Shown here in pieces: positions 38,143-48,260 of a stretch of DNA of 64,000 nt. Source of the DNA: Vicinamibacterales bacterium. Its GTDB lineage: Bacteria > Acidobacteriota > Vicinamibacteria > Vicinamibacterales > 2-12-FULL-66-21. Both the position numbers and the translations under genes were made by a program. The notes beneath the pieces are model-generated. The model made no database searches, was not told the DNA's origin, and was given only the letters and a program-made list of their open reading frames with translations. Numbering within the stretch: the first letter of the stretch is position 1; each line of letters begins with the position of its first letter. Location of the stretch: assembly GCA_035495955.1 (NCBI GenBank), contig DATJFE010000082.1, positions 45,460 to 109,459 on the forward strand, read 5' to 3'.

Positions 38143-38537
38143 TGCGCGTGCTCGCCGGAAGCGCGGCCGTGAAACGCCCGGCGATCCTCGACAACGGGCA
38201 CGTTCGCCCGGCGGAGCCGTTCGGCGAGCGCCGCGTCCGCGAGCGCGACGATCTCGGATCCCGAAACCTCGATATCGCGATGGAGATTGCCAATCAGATG
38301 ACCGACCCGCGCCGCTTCCGCGATATCGCGTGGACGCGCGACGAGGACGTCTTCGGATGCCGCGGCCACCACGTAGGCGCGCGGACCGCTCCGATGGAGG
38401 ATCTGTCCGGGCTGAAGTATCGTGCCGGTCGCGAGCTCCAGCGGGAACCGGACGCCGTCCGGCGCCTCGATCATGCGGCGAACGCGCCGGCGATCCTCCG
38501 CCGTCATGGGAATCTCGATCGTGATCGTGTCGGACAT
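38139..38537 (-). CDS. ureE: Urease accessory (nickel chaperone) protein UreE
   Basis: 132 aa. VGHLIGNLHRDIEV core (GNrH motif) and His-containing tail GEHAH. It is embedded at the end of the spurious 533-aa track ORF 38139..39740. Confidence 0.75.
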   Translation of the reverse strand: MSDTITIEIPMTAEDRRRVRRMIEAPDGVRFPLELATGTILQPGQILHRSGPRAYVVAAASEDVLVARPRDIAEAARVGHLIGNLHRDIEVSGSEIVALADAALAERLRRANVPVVEDRRAFHGRASGEHAH

Positions 38538-38545
38538 CGCAGCGC

Positions 38546-40252
38546 TCAGAACAGGAAGTATCGCTGCGCGAGCGGGAGCACCGCGGCCGGACGGGGGACG
38601 ATCCGTTCGCCGTCGATCGTCACGACGTATCGCTCGGGGTCGATGTCGATCTTCGGCAGGGCGTCGTTGAGCGCCATGTCGTGCTTGCCGAGCCGCCGCG
38701 TGTTGCGGACCGGCAGCAGCGCTCGATCGAGGTGTGACGGCGCGCGCCCATCCTGCAGCGACAGACGTGAGACGAACGTCCACGACGTGGCGGCCGCCGC
38801 GTGTCCGAAGGCGCCGAACATCGGGCGATAGCGGACCGGCTCCGGCGTCGGGATCGACGCGTTCGGATCGCCCATCGCCGCCGCCGCGATGATACCGGAC
38901 TTCAGCACGAGATCGGGCTTGATGCCGAAGAACGCCGGCGTCCACAGCACGAGATCGGCGAGCTTGCCGACTTCGATCGACCCGACGTAATCGCCGATGC
39001 CGTGCGCGCGGGCGGGATTGATCGTGTACTTCGCGACGTACCGCCGAATCCGCAGATTGTCGGCGCCGGAGGCCTCGCCCGGCAGCGGGCCGCGCGCGGC
39101 CTTCATCACGTGCGCCGTCTGCCACGTCCGTGCGACGACTTCCCCCACACGCCCCATGGCCTGCGAGTCCGACGACATCATGCTGATCGCGCCGAGATCG
39201 TGCAGGACGTCCTCCGCCGCCATTGTCTCGGGTCGGATGCGCGACTCGGCGAAGGCGACGTCCTCGGGAACCTGCGAGTTCAGATGATGGCACACGAGCA
39301 GCATGTCGAGGTGCTCGTCCAGCGTATTCACCGTGTACGGCATCGTCGGATTCGTGCTCGACGGAAGCACGTTCCGTTCGGCGCAGACGCGCAGGATGTC
39401 GGGCGCGTGCCCGCCGCCGGCGCCTTCGCTGTGGTACGTATGGATCGTCCGACCCTTGAACGCGGCGATCGTGTTTTCGACGAAGCCCGATTCGTTCAGC
39501 GTGTCGGTGTGGATCGCAATCTGGACGTCGTGCTCGTCCGCCACTGTCAGCGCCGCATCGATCGTGGCGGGCGTCGTCCCCCAGTCCTCGTGCAGCTTCA
39601 GTCCCATCGCGCCGCCGCGGATCTGCTCGACGAGCGCCTCCGGCGTCGAGGCGTTGCCCTTCCCGAGAAATCCGAAGTTCATCGGCAGGCTTTGCGTGGC
39701 CTCGATCATCCGGTGGATGTTCCATTCGCCCGGCGTGCACGTCGTGGCGCGCGTGCCTTCGGCAGGACCCGTCCCGCCGCCAATCATCGTCGTCACGCCG
39801 CTATAGAGCGCTTCCCACACCTGCTGCGGGCTGATGAAATGAATGTGCGCGTCGATGCCGCCGGCGGTGAGGATCCGGTGCTCTCCGGCGATGATTTCGG
39901 TCGAAGGGCCGATGGCGAGTCCCGCAGTGACGCCGTCCTGGATGTCGGGGTTGCCGGCCTTGCCGATCGCGCAGATGCGCCCGTCGCGCACCCCGACGTC
40001 GGCCTTCACGATGCCCCAGTAGTCGGCGACGATGACGTTGGTGATGACGAGATCAGGCGCGCCATCGGCGCGTGTCGTCTGCGACTGGCCCTGACCGTCC
40101 CGGATGACTTTTCCGCCGCCGAACGTGACCTCTTCGCCGTAGACCGCCGCGTCGCGTTCGACTTCGAGGAACAGGTCCGTATCCGCAAGCCGCACGCGAT
40201 CGCCCGTCGTCGGGCCGTACAGGTTCGCGTAGGTCTCGCGCGGAATCTTCAT
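38546..40252 (-). CDS. ureC: Urease subunit alpha
   Basis: [69 protein letters not shown]. Confidence 0.97.
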   Translation of the reverse strand: MKIPRETYANLYGPTTGDRVRLADTDLFLEVERDAAVYGEEVTFGGGKVIRDGQGQSQTTRADGAPDLVITNVIVADYWGIVKADVGVRDGRICAIGKAGNPDIQDGVTAGLAIGPSTEIIAGEHRILTAGGIDAHIHFISPQQVWEALYSGVTTMIGGGTGPAEGTRATTCTPGEWNIHRMIEATQSLPMNFGFLGKGNASTPEALVEQIRGGAMGLKLHEDWGTTPATIDAALTVADEHDVQIAIHTDTLNESGFVENTIAAFKGRTIHTYHSEGAGGGHAPDILRVCAERNVLPSSTNPTMPYTVNTLDEHLDMLLVCHHLNSQVPEDVAFAESRIRPETMAAEDVLHDLGAISMMSSDSQAMGRVGEVVARTWQTAHVMKAARGPLPGEASGADNLRIRRYVAKYTINPARAHGIGDYVGSIEVGKLADLVLWTPAFFGIKPDLVLKSGIIAAAAMGDPNASIPTPEPVRYRPMFGAFGHAAAATSWTFVSRLSLQDGRAPSHLDRALLPVRNTRRLGKHDMALNDALPKIDIDPERYVVTIDGERIVPRPAAVLPLAQRYFLF

Positions 40253-40599
40253 CGCGAGCCTGTCTCGCCGAAGCCGCGACGCGGCCGACGCGGATCCAGA
40301 GGACCGTCGACCAGGCCGTTCATCCCGCGGACGATCCGACGTCCGGCAAGCGGAACGAGCGGGACGTCGCGCGCTTCACCGGGCTCGAAGCGCAGCGATG
40401 TGCCGGCCGGGAGGTCGAGCCGCCGCCCGTAGGCCGCGGCGCGATCGAACCGAAGCGCCCGGTTGACCTCGAAGAAGTGCGTGTGCGATCCGACCTGGAT
40501 CGGCCGGTCGCCGGCGTTCTCGACGCGCAGGCGCGTCGCCTCGCGTCCCGCGTTCAGCTCGATGGAGCCGCTCTGAATGATGTACTCGCCGGGGACCAC
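40249..40599 (-). CDS. ureB: Urease subunit beta
   Basis: [46 protein letters not shown]. Confidence 0.95.
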   Translation of the reverse strand: MVPGEYIIQSGSIELNAGREATRLRVENAGDRPIQVGSHTHFFEVNRALRFDRAAAYGRRLDLPAGTSLRFEPGEARDVPLVPLAGRRIVRGMNGLVDGPLDPRRPRRGFGETGSR

Positions 40600-40607
40600 G
40601 CGCGTGC

Positions 40608-40910
40608 CTACCGGATCGGATCGTGGACGGTGACCAGTTTCGTGCCGTCGGGGAAGGTGCCTTCGACCTGGATCTCCCTGATCATCTCGGGCACCCCCTC
40701 CATCACCTCGTCCCGCCGCAGCACGCCGGCGCCGAGCGTCATCAGCTCCGACACCGATCGGCCGTCGCGAATGCCTTCGAGGACTTCGGCGGTGATGAGG
40801 GCGATGGCCTCCGGATGGTTCAGCTTCAGGCCGCGCGTCTTCCTGCGCCGCGCGACGTCGGCGGCGGTGAAGATGAGCAGCTTGTCGATTTCGCGCTCGG
40901 TCAGCCTCAT
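40608..40910 (-). CDS. ureA: Urease subunit gamma
   Basis: [39 protein letters not shown], 100 aa. Confidence 0.95.
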   Translation of the reverse strand: MRLTEREIDKLLIFTAADVARRRKTRGLKLNHPEAIALITAEVLEGIRDGRSVSELMTLGAGVLRRDEVMEGVPEMIREIQVEGTFPDGTKLVTVHDPIR

Positions 40911-41821
40911 GACGCGCGGTCCACCGTGGGCTGGAGCTGCGGCGCGATGCGCGTCAGCGTCGCCATCATCTCCTGGACGACCCTCGGCACGCGTTCGCCG
41001 GCGCGGTACACCCAACCCGTCTCGCGTACGAGCTGCTGCCCGCGAATGCGAGCGACCTTCAGCGTGCCGCCGCGCGTCTCGCGCTCCACCGACTGGAAGG
41101 GAACGATGCTGATGCCGAGGCCGGAGGCGACCATCGACTTGATGATCTCGACGTTCTCCGTCTCGGTGACGACGTTGGGCTTGATCTGTTCGCGGACGAA
41201 GAACTCGTCGAGGGTCCTCCGCGTATTGGAGCCGGCCTCGAACACGATGAACGGCTGCCCGACGAGCGCCTCGACGGGCACGGAGTCCTTCGTCGAGAGC
41301 GGATGGCCGCTGGGCATCACGAGCAACAGTTCCTCGCGCAGCACGGGAACCGTCGTGAACGTAGGATCGTCGACGGGCAGCGTCAGCAGCGCGAGATCCG
41401 CGCGCCGCGTGCGCAGGCGCCGGAGCAGCCGCTGGACGCCGCCGGTCGCTACCTTGATGTCGACGTGCGGATGGTGCTTGCGGAATTCCTTCAGGAGCGG
41501 CGGAAATACGTAGAGGCACACCGTCATGCCGCCGACGAGATTGAGCGGTCCGCTCAGGACTTTCTGGCGATCCGTTATGCTGGCCGACGTATCGCGGATG
41601 TCGGTGAAGACGCGGTGGCTCAACTGGAGCAGCGCTTCGCCAGCCGCGGTAATCTGCACGCGGCGGCCGAGGCGGACGAAGAGGCGCTCGTGAAACTCGT
41701 CTTCCAGCAGCAGAATCTGGCGGCTGATGGCGGACTGCGAGACATGCAGCCGCGCGCCGGCGCCCGTGAAGGATCCGGTCTCGGCGATGGCGCGAACGAT
41801 CTCCAGTTGCCGGAGGTCCAT
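40907..41821 (-). CDS. LysR-family transcriptional regulator
   Basis: [43 protein letters not shown] (HTH). Its stop overlaps the ureA start (ATGA). Confidence 0.9.
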   Translation of the reverse strand: MDLRQLEIVRAIAETGSFTGAGARLHVSQSAISRQILLLEDEFHERLFVRLGRRVQITAAGEALLQLSHRVFTDIRDTSASITDRQKVLSGPLNLVGGMTVCLYVFPPLLKEFRKHHPHVDIKVATGGVQRLLRRLRTRRADLALLTLPVDDPTFTTVPVLREELLLVMPSGHPLSTKDSVPVEALVGQPFIVFEAGSNTRRTLDEFFVREQIKPNVVTETENVEIIKSMVASGLGISIVPFQSVERETRGGTLKVARIRGQQLVRETGWVYRAGERVPRVVQEMMATLTRIAPQLQPTVDRAS

Positions 41822-41894
41822 CGATGGAGCAGATCTTTACCCTCCGCCTGCCAGAAGGGAAATAAAAAGAATCGATTCAAACCATCTGAATCGC

Positions 41895-42740
41895 TTATGC
41901 CTTCCAGGCCGGATAGCTGCCCAGGATGCGGACCCAGTGGGAGAACTCCCGCAAATCCGCCACGGCCCGCTGGAGACGGGCGTCGGCCGCAGGCACCTCG
42001 ACGTCCACGTAGAAGGCATACTCCCAGGGACGTCCCCGGAGCGGCCGCGACTCCAGCTTCGTCAGGTTGATGTCGCGCAGCGCGAAGCCCGCGAGCGCCT
42101 TGAACAGGGCGCCGGGACGGCTCTGGAGCGCGAACACGATCGACGTCTTGTCGGCGTCGTGTCTCTTGACGGCGTCGATGGCCGCGTCACCCGAACGCTC
42201 GCGCGGGTTGGCGATGACGCAGAAGCGGGTGATGTTGTCCGCGAAATCCTGAATCGACTCCCGGAGCACCGCCAGGCCAAAGACCTCGGCTGCGCGGCGC
42301 GACGCCACGGCCGCCGCGTCTGCCCGCGCCGAGTCGCGGATCATCTTGGCGGCTCCCGCCGTGTCGTACGCCGCCACGACTTCCACCCCGCGCATCGCCG
42401 CGAGCGCCTTCTCGCACTGCGCGAGCGCCTGCGGGTGGGAATAGACGATCTTCACGTCCTCGACCGCGGTTCCGGGCATCCCGAGGAGGCAGTGATCCAC
42501 CAGCACCTCGACTTCTCCGATGATCGGGAGATCGTGTTCGACGAGCAGATCGAAGTTGCGATGGATGCTGCCCCCGATGGAATTCTCAAGCGGCAGCACG
42601 CCGTGGCTGGCGCGCCCGGACCCGACGGCCGCAAAGACTTCCTCGAAGCTCGGGCAGGGAAGGACGGATGCGCCGGGTGCGAAACTCATCGCCGCGGCTT
42701 CGCTGTAGGCGCCGGGCTCGCCCTGGAACGCGATCAGCAT
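41895..42740 (-). CDS. pheA: Prephenate dehydratase (PDT plus ACT domains)
   Basis: IAFQGEPGAYSEAA, NSIGGSIH, TRFCVI, ESRPLRGRPWEYAFYVD. Confidence 0.9.
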   Translation of the reverse strand: MLIAFQGEPGAYSEAAAMSFAPGASVLPCPSFEEVFAAVGSGRASHGVLPLENSIGGSIHRNFDLLVEHDLPIIGEVEVLVDHCLLGMPGTAVEDVKIVYSHPQALAQCEKALAAMRGVEVVAAYDTAGAAKMIRDSARADAAAVASRRAAEVFGLAVLRESIQDFADNITRFCVIANPRERSGDAAIDAVKRHDADKTSIVFALQSRPGALFKALAGFALRDINLTKLESRPLRGRPWEYAFYVDVEVPAADARLQRAVADLREFSHWVRILGSYPAWKA

Positions 42741-42753
42741 TCCGAAGGATACG

Positions 42754-43119
42754 CTATTTGACCGTGAGCGTGCCCTTCATGTCCTTGCATTTCTCGTCGA
42801 AGGACAGGTTGCAGTAGAACGGGAACGCGCCGGCCTTGTCGGCGCGGAACTCGAACGTCACGGTCTGGCCCTGGTTCGCACGCTTCGAGATGCGGTAGTC
42901 GTCGATCGTGAAGCTGTGCGCCATGTCCTGCGCGGTGAAGGTGACCTTCACCACGTCGTTCTGGCTGACGGTCAGGCTCGACGGCGAGAAGCCGTAATGG
43001 TTGCCGACGATGGTGAACTGGCGGACCTGTCCCGGCTCCTGCGATCGCGCGACGGTCGACACGAGCAGCAGCACGGACGCGGCCAGCATCGCGAACACCA
43101 CCGATTGACGTGCGCGCAT
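42754..43119 (-). CDS. Small secreted cupredoxin-fold protein
   Basis: Signal peptide. FTIVGNHYGFSPSSLTVSQNDVVKVTFTAQDMAHSFTIDDY ... FPFYCNLSFDEKCKDMKGTLTV. Confidence 0.6.
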   Translation of the reverse strand: MRARQSVVFAMLAASVLLLVSTVARSQEPGQVRQFTIVGNHYGFSPSSLTVSQNDVVKVTFTAQDMAHSFTIDDYRISKRANQGQTVTFEFRADKAGAFPFYCNLSFDEKCKDMKGTLTVK

Positions 43120-43196
43120 AGATCCCCCAGGGTTGACGGTTGGCCCGCTGTTACCCTTAGACGCCCAAGCCGGCCAAAAGGTCGTTGCCGGCGGCT

Positions 43197-45377
43197 CTAC
43201 AGCGCGGGTTCGCGGTCGCGGCGCGGACCGCGCGGGCCGCGATCGCGCCGTTCGCCGCCCTGATCGCCGCCGTGGCCGCCCTCTGGCGTGCCCTCCGGAA
43301 CCGGCAGGAGCGCCTTACGGCTGAGGCGAATCTTGCCGGAGGGATCGATGTTGATCACCTTGACCATCACCTGATCGCCTTCCTTGAGCTCGTCGCGAAC
43401 GTCCTTCACCCGGTAGTGCGCGATCTCGGAGACATGGAGCAGGCCATCGAGACCGGGCATGATCTCGACGAACGCCCCGAAATCGGTAATCCGCTGGACC
43501 TTTCCCATGTAGGTCTTGTTGAGCTCCGGGGTGGCGGTGAGCTCCTGGATGATGCCGATCGCCTTCGCCGCCGACGCCTCGTCGGCCGACGCCACGTTCA
43601 CCGTGCCGTTGTCCTCGACGTCGATCTTCACGCCCGTGCGCTCGATGATGCTGCGGATCATCTTGCCGCCGGGCCCGATGACGTCGCGGATCTTGTCGAC
43701 CGGAATCTTGATCGTCACGATGCGCGGCGCGTGGCGGGAGACGTCGGATCGGTGCGTCTTGAGCGCCGCTTCCATCTTGTCGAGGATGAAGAACCGGCCC
43801 TGCTGCGCCTGCGCGAGCGCCTTGCGCATGATCTCCATCGTGATGCCGCCGACCTTGATGTCCATCTGCAGCGCCGTGATGCCGTCGCGGCTGCCGGCGA
43901 CCTTGAAGTCCATGTCGCCGTAATGGTCCTCGGCTCCCGCGATGTCGGACAGCACGGCGTACTTGCCGGACTGTTCGTCCATGATGAGGCCCATCGCCAC
44001 GCCCGCGACCGCCGACTTCAGCGGCACGCCGGCGTCCATCATGGCGAGCGATCCGCCGCAGACCGACGCCATCGACGAGGAGCCGTTCGACTCGAGGATG
44101 TCGGACACGATGCGGACGGTGTAGGGGAACTTGTCTTCGGCCGGAATCATCGGCGTCAGCGCGCGCTCGGCCAGGGCGCCGTGGCCGATCTCCCGGCGGC
44201 CGGGGCCTCGCAGGAACTGGACTTCGCCGACCGAGAACGGCGGAAAATTGTAATGAAGCATGAAGCGCTTCCAGACCTCGCCGTCCACCGTCTCGATCTT
44301 CTGCTGGTCGTCGGCGGTGCCGAGCGTGGCGGTCACGAGCGCCTGCGTCTCGCCGCGCGTGAACACGGCCGACCCGTGCGTGCGCGGCAGCACGCCGACT
44401 TCGATCGAGATCGGGCGGATCTCGTCGAATTTCCGTCCGTCGAGGCGCCGGCCGCGCTCGAGGGCCTCGTCGCGCATGACCTTCTCCTTCAGTTCCTTGA
44501 AGACGGCCTTGGCGTCGCTGCGCCGCTCGATCTCTTCTTCGGGGATGCTCGCGACCAGATCGGCGAGCACCTCGTCCACCGAGCCGTAGTTCTCGAGCTT
44601 GTCCTTGATTCGCATCGCGTCGGCGAGAGGCGCGTACGCCTTCTCTTCGACCTCGCGATAGAAGTCCTTGTTGATTTCCTTCTTCGCGACCGTCTTCTTG
44701 CCCTTCCCGGCCTGCTTCGTCACTGCCTCGATGCCGGCGATGATGTCCTTGATCGCCGCATGGGCGCGATCGAGCGCCTGGACCATGTCCTCTTCCGGCA
44801 CTTCCTTGGCGCCGGCTTCCACCATCACGATGCCGTCGCTGGTGCCCGCGACGATCAGATCGAGACGGCTGTTGCGCCGCTGCTCGAACGACGGGTTGAG
44901 GATGAACTGTCCGTCAACGAGTCCGACGCGGACGCCCGCGATCGTGCGCCCGAACGGAATGCTCGAGAGCGCCAGCGCCGCCGAGGCTCCCGTGATCGCG
45001 AGCACGTCGGAGTCGTTCTCGGTGTCGGCCGAGAGCACCAGCGCGATGATCTGGGTCTCGTGCCGCCATCCCGACGGAAACAGCGGCCGGATCGGACGAT
45101 CGATCAGGCGGCTCGTCAGCACTTCCTTCTCGGTCGGCTTGCCTTCGCGCTTGAAGAATCCGCCCGGGATGCGCCCCGACGCGTACGTGTATTCCTTGTA
45201 GTCGACCGTGAGCGGAAGGAAATCGATCCCCTCCCGCGCGTTCGCCGCCGCACAGGCGGTGACGAGAACGACGGTGTCGCCCGAGCGGACCAGAACGGAG
45301 CCGTCCGCCTGCTTGGCCAGACGGCCGGTCTCGATGGAGATCGTGCGTCCGCCGACGGAGATGTCGCGTGTATACAT
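43197..45377 (-). CDS. pnp: Polyribonucleotide nucleotidyltransferase (PNPase)
   Basis: Two RNase PH domains (GRLAKQADGSV, EIGHGALAERAL), KH (GPGGKMIRSI) and S1 (GKVQRITDFGAFVEI). Confidence 0.97.
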   Translation of the reverse strand: MYTRDISVGGRTISIETGRLAKQADGSVLVRSGDTVVLVTACAAANAREGIDFLPLTVDYKEYTYASGRIPGGFFKREGKPTEKEVLTSRLIDRPIRPLFPSGWRHETQIIALVLSADTENDSDVLAITGASAALALSSIPFGRTIAGVRVGLVDGQFILNPSFEQRRNSRLDLIVAGTSDGIVMVEAGAKEVPEEDMVQALDRAHAAIKDIIAGIEAVTKQAGKGKKTVAKKEINKDFYREVEEKAYAPLADAMRIKDKLENYGSVDEVLADLVASIPEEEIERRSDAKAVFKELKEKVMRDEALERGRRLDGRKFDEIRPISIEVGVLPRTHGSAVFTRGETQALVTATLGTADDQQKIETVDGEVWKRFMLHYNFPPFSVGEVQFLRGPGRREIGHGALAERALTPMIPAEDKFPYTVRIVSDILESNGSSSMASVCGGSLAMMDAGVPLKSAVAGVAMGLIMDEQSGKYAVLSDIAGAEDHYGDMDFKVAGSRDGITALQMDIKVGGITMEIMRKALAQAQQGRFFILDKMEAALKTHRSDVSRHAPRIVTIKIPVDKIRDVIGPGGKMIRSIIERTGVKIDVEDNGTVNVASADEASAAKAIGIIQELTATPELNKTYMGKVQRITDFGAFVEIMPGLDGLLHVSEIAHYRVKDVRDELKEGDQVMVKVINIDPSGKIRLSRKALLPVPEGTPEGGHGGDQGGERRDRGPRGPRRDREPAL

Positions 45378-45416
45378 GTGTCAGTTCTTTCTGTCTGAGC
45401 TGCGCCAGCTTTTCAT

Positions 45417-45490
45417 GGGCTTTGGACTTTGGGCTTTGGGCGTTGGGCTTTAGGTTTGGGCATGTCGACGAGAGCCCAGCGCCCAAAGCC
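45417..45490. repeat. GGGCTTT heptad array plus inverted arm forming a 17-bp hairpin in the rpsO-pnp spacer
   Basis: ggctttgggcgttgggc (about 45432..45448) pairs with gcccagcgcccaaagcc (45474..45490) with one mismatch. Confidence 0.8.
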
Positions 45491-45756
45491 TACTTACGAA
45501 TACCGAGACGCTTGATCAGTTCCGCGTAGCGGTCCGTATCTTTCCGTTTGAGGTAATCGAGGAGACGGCGGCGCTGGCCTACGAGCTTCAGCAGCCCGCG
45601 CCGCGAGTGATGGTCCTTCGCGTGCGCCTTGAAATGTTCCGTCAGATAGCTGATCCGCTCGCTCAGGAGCGCGACCTGTACTTCAGGGGATCCGGTGTCG
45701 CCGCTATGGGTCGCGTAGCTGCCAATGACTTCCGTCTTGCGGTCCTTGCTTAGCAC
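45490..45756 (-). CDS. rpsO: 30S ribosomal protein S15
   Basis: GTG start with ggaggg [51 protein letters not shown]. Confidence 0.95.
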   Translation of the reverse strand: MLSKDRKTEVIGSYATHSGDTGSPEVQVALLSERISYLTEHFKAHAKDHHSRRGLLKLVGQRRRLLDYLKRKDTDRYAELIKRLGIRK

Positions 45757-45846
45757 GATGTGCCCTCCACGCACGGCCCAGACATGTCGGAGCGGGATGC
45801 TCCGCACCAGGCCGCCGTTGCCCGTATTCCTAAACGGTTCAATATT

Positions 45847-46785
45847 TTACCTCAGGACAACGAGGGGATGCAAAAGTCCGCCGGCCCGCCGTTCGGCCAC
45901 CGCCACGACCTCCCCGGCCTCGTCGAGCAGCCGCACCCTCGCAGGGTCCGAACCGGACGCGTCCGGCCTCGCAACGTGCATAGGGCCGAGGTCGTTTCCA
46001 TGGGCCGCGCGCCGCAGTCCTTCGCCGGTCAGCCGGACCGGGGGCATGTCGGCCAGCAGCGTGTTCATCGAGATCAGCGAATTGGCGCCCTCGGCCTCCA
46101 CCCGATCCAGCGTCAGCGCGTCGTCCACACGGAACCGTCCCGCCCGTATGCGCCGGAGCGCCTCGAGATGCGCGCCGCAGCCAAGCGCCTGCCCGAGGTC
46201 GTGCGCCAGCGAGCGTACGTAGAAGCCTGCGCTCGCCGTCACCCTGAGACGGATCAGGGGCGCGTCGGCGTCGCGAGGCGCGAGGTGCGAGGTCCGAGGT
46301 TCAAGGAGTTCGAGGTCGCGGACGGTGACTTCCACCGGCGTCAGCTCGACGGCTTGGTTCTTCCGCGCCTTCTCGTATGCCGGCACGCTGGCAATCTTCT
46401 TTGCGGAGAAGGGCGGCGGCGTCTGCAGGAACGTGCCGCGAAAGCGCGTCAGCACCTCGGCGATCTCCTCACGTCTCACGTCTCGCGCCTCGCGCTCTGC
46501 GCCCCGCCCCCTGGGGCCCGCGCCTCCCGCCTCGAGCGACGCCGCGTCGTAGGTCGGCGTCGAGAGGCCCAGACGGACATCGGCGACGTATTCCTTGTCG
46601 TTGCCCGAAAGGAATTGCGCGAGGCGGGTCGCCTGGCCGACGAGGAGCACGAGAAGGCCGGTCGCCAGCGGATCGAGCGTGCCGGTATGGCCCGCGCGCG
46701 GCGTCTTCAGCGTCCGGCGGACGAACGCGACGACGTCATGCGATGTCGGGCCGCTCGGCTTGTCGATGAGGAGGGCGCCTTGCAT
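45847..46785 (-). CDS. truB: tRNA pseudouridine(55) synthase
   Basis: GALLIDKPSGPTSHDVV...AGHTGTLDPLATGLLVLLVG. Confidence 0.93.
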   Translation of the reverse strand: MQGALLIDKPSGPTSHDVVAFVRRTLKTPRAGHTGTLDPLATGLLVLLVGQATRLAQFLSGNDKEYVADVRLGLSTPTYDAASLEAGGAGPRGRGAEREARDVRREEIAEVLTRFRGTFLQTPPPFSAKKIASVPAYEKARKNQAVELTPVEVTVRDLELLEPRTSHLAPRDADAPLIRLRVTASAGFYVRSLAHDLGQALGCGAHLEALRRIRAGRFRVDDALTLDRVEAEGANSLISMNTLLADMPPVRLTGEGLRRAAHGNDLGPMHVARPDASGSDPARVRLLDEAGEVVAVAERRAGGLLHPLVVLR

Positions 46786-46794
46786 CGGGCGCGG

Positions 46795-47799
46795 TCATGG
46801 CCTCGACCGGATGCCGTGCGCGATGGCATCGGCGACTTCCTTCAGGACGCCGTCGCGGACGGCCTCGAGCGGACCGCGCATCTTGAACCCCGCCGCGTTC
46901 TTGTGGCCGCCGCCGCCGTGCCGGGCCGCAATCGCGCGGACGTCGACGTCGTACTTCGATCGCATGCTGACGTGGATATCGCCGTCGGCCCCGAGCTTGA
47001 AGAACACGACCGCCTGGATTTCGCGCGCGGTCAGGGGGAGATTGATGAGCCCTTCGGTATCGTTGTAGGTCGTCCCCGTCGCGTTGAGGATGTCGTCGTT
47101 GAGATACATCGCGGCGAGCCGTCCGTCGGCGAGCAGATCCATCTCGTCGAGGAGCGCGCCGATCAGCTTCAGCTTGCCGAAGCTGTTCTGATCGAAGACG
47201 CGCCGCGCCATCGCCGCCGGATTGACTCCCGCTTCGACGGTCTGCCGGCAGATGTCGAAGGTCTTCGGCGTGATGTTGGAATAGTGGAACGAGCCCGTGT
47301 CGGTCAGGATCGCGAGATAGACGTGCGTCGCGATCTCGATGGTGAGGGGCACGCCGAGCGCCTCGATGAGATCGAAGACCATCTCGCCGCAGGCGGCGGC
47401 CGATTCGTCGATCCAGTTCAGGGACGCGTATCGCGCATTGCCCTGGTGATGATCGATATTGATCGCGAATCGCCCTTCGAGGCCGGCGATGCCCGTCCGC
47501 GCGAGGTCGCCCGATTCCATCACGATGAGCGCGTCGACGTCGGTCTCCACGATGCCGCGCGTGATCTCGATTCGTGACACGCCGGGAAATTCCAGGTAAT
47601 GCTCGGGCGCGGGATCCGCGTTCACGATGCGGACTTCCTTCCCGATCGCCTCGAGCGCGTACGCCATCGCGAGCTGGGAGCCGATGGAATCGCCGTCGGG
47701 CTTCGTGTGCGATGTGATCAGGAAGCGCGTGCGGGCGTGAATCGCGTCGCAGATCTGCGACAGCGCCGGATTACGCGTCTCGGTCGGGATCGTCATCAA
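46795..47799 (-). CDS. nrnA: DHH/DHHA1 phosphoesterase (NrnA-like oligoribonuclease/pAp phosphatase)
   Basis: ITSHTKPDGDSIGS, NIDHH, GGGGHKNAAGF. Confidence 0.8.
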   Translation of the reverse strand: MMTIPTETRNPALSQICDAIHARTRFLITSHTKPDGDSIGSQLAMAYALEAIGKEVRIVNADPAPEHYLEFPGVSRIEITRGIVETDVDALIVMESGDLARTGIAGLEGRFAINIDHHQGNARYASLNWIDESAAACGEMVFDLIEALGVPLTIEIATHVYLAILTDTGSFHYSNITPKTFDICRQTVEAGVNPAAMARRVFDQNSFGKLKLIGALLDEMDLLADGRLAAMYLNDDILNATGTTYNDTEGLINLPLTAREIQAVVFFKLGADGDIHVSMRSKYDVDVRAIAARHGGGGHKNAAGFKMRGPLEAVRDGVLKEVADAIAHGIRSRP

Positions 47800-48172
47800 C
47801 TGATCCGGCGGGCTTCGCCCGAGAGCTCTCTTCCGCCTTCAGCTCCTGGAGGATCTGCTCGATCCGGTCGTGCCGGGCGATGGACTCGTCGTAGAAGAAC
47901 TCGAGCTCAGGCGCCCGGCGCAGCCGGATGCGCTGGGCGATCTGCCGGCGCAGAAACGGCGTCGCTCGCCTCAGCGCCCGCACCGTCTCGCGCCGCGCCG
48001 CCTCGTCGCCCATCGTCGTGTAATACACGCGCGCGAGCTGCAGGTCCGAGGTCACCTTCACCTTCGTGAGCGTGAGGAAGCCGATCCCGGGGTCGTGCAC
48101 GTCGCGCCCGAGAAGCGTCGACAGCTCGTCCCGGATGGCCTCGCCGACGCGCTCGGGACGGTTAGAAGACAC
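47771..48172 (-). CDS. rbfA: Ribosome-binding factor A
   Basis: GTG start. RVGEAIRDELSTLL...LTLTKVKVTSDLQLARVYY. Confidence 0.9.
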   Translation of the reverse strand: MSSNRPERVGEAIRDELSTLLGRDVHDPGIGFLTLTKVKVTSDLQLARVYYTTMGDEAARRETVRALRRATPFLRRQIAQRIRLRRAPELEFFYDESIARHDRIEQILQELKAEESSRAKPAGSVDDDPDRDA

Positions 48173-48175
48173 TTG

Positions 48176-48253
48176 TCAATGCTGAATGCCGAATGCCGAA
48201 TGCCGAACCGAGGCAATCATGAGAGCGCTCTGCCATTCGGCATTCAGCATTGA
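48176..48253. repeat. GAATGCC heptad hairpin (about 21-bp stem) between infB and rbfA
   Basis: tcaatgctgaatgccgaatgcc (48176..) is the reverse complement, 21 of 22, of tgccattcggcattcagcattga (48231..48253). Confidence 0.85.
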
Positions 48254-48260
48254 TGTGACC

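Noticed and set aside
33528-39740. Over-extended track ORFs 33528..34853, 34448..35860 and 38139..39740
   Set aside because: Only the 3' parts are real (dapD from GTG 33996, the M20 gene from ATG 34841, ureE from ATG 38537). The 5' extensions overlap dapA, dapD or ureC out of frame.
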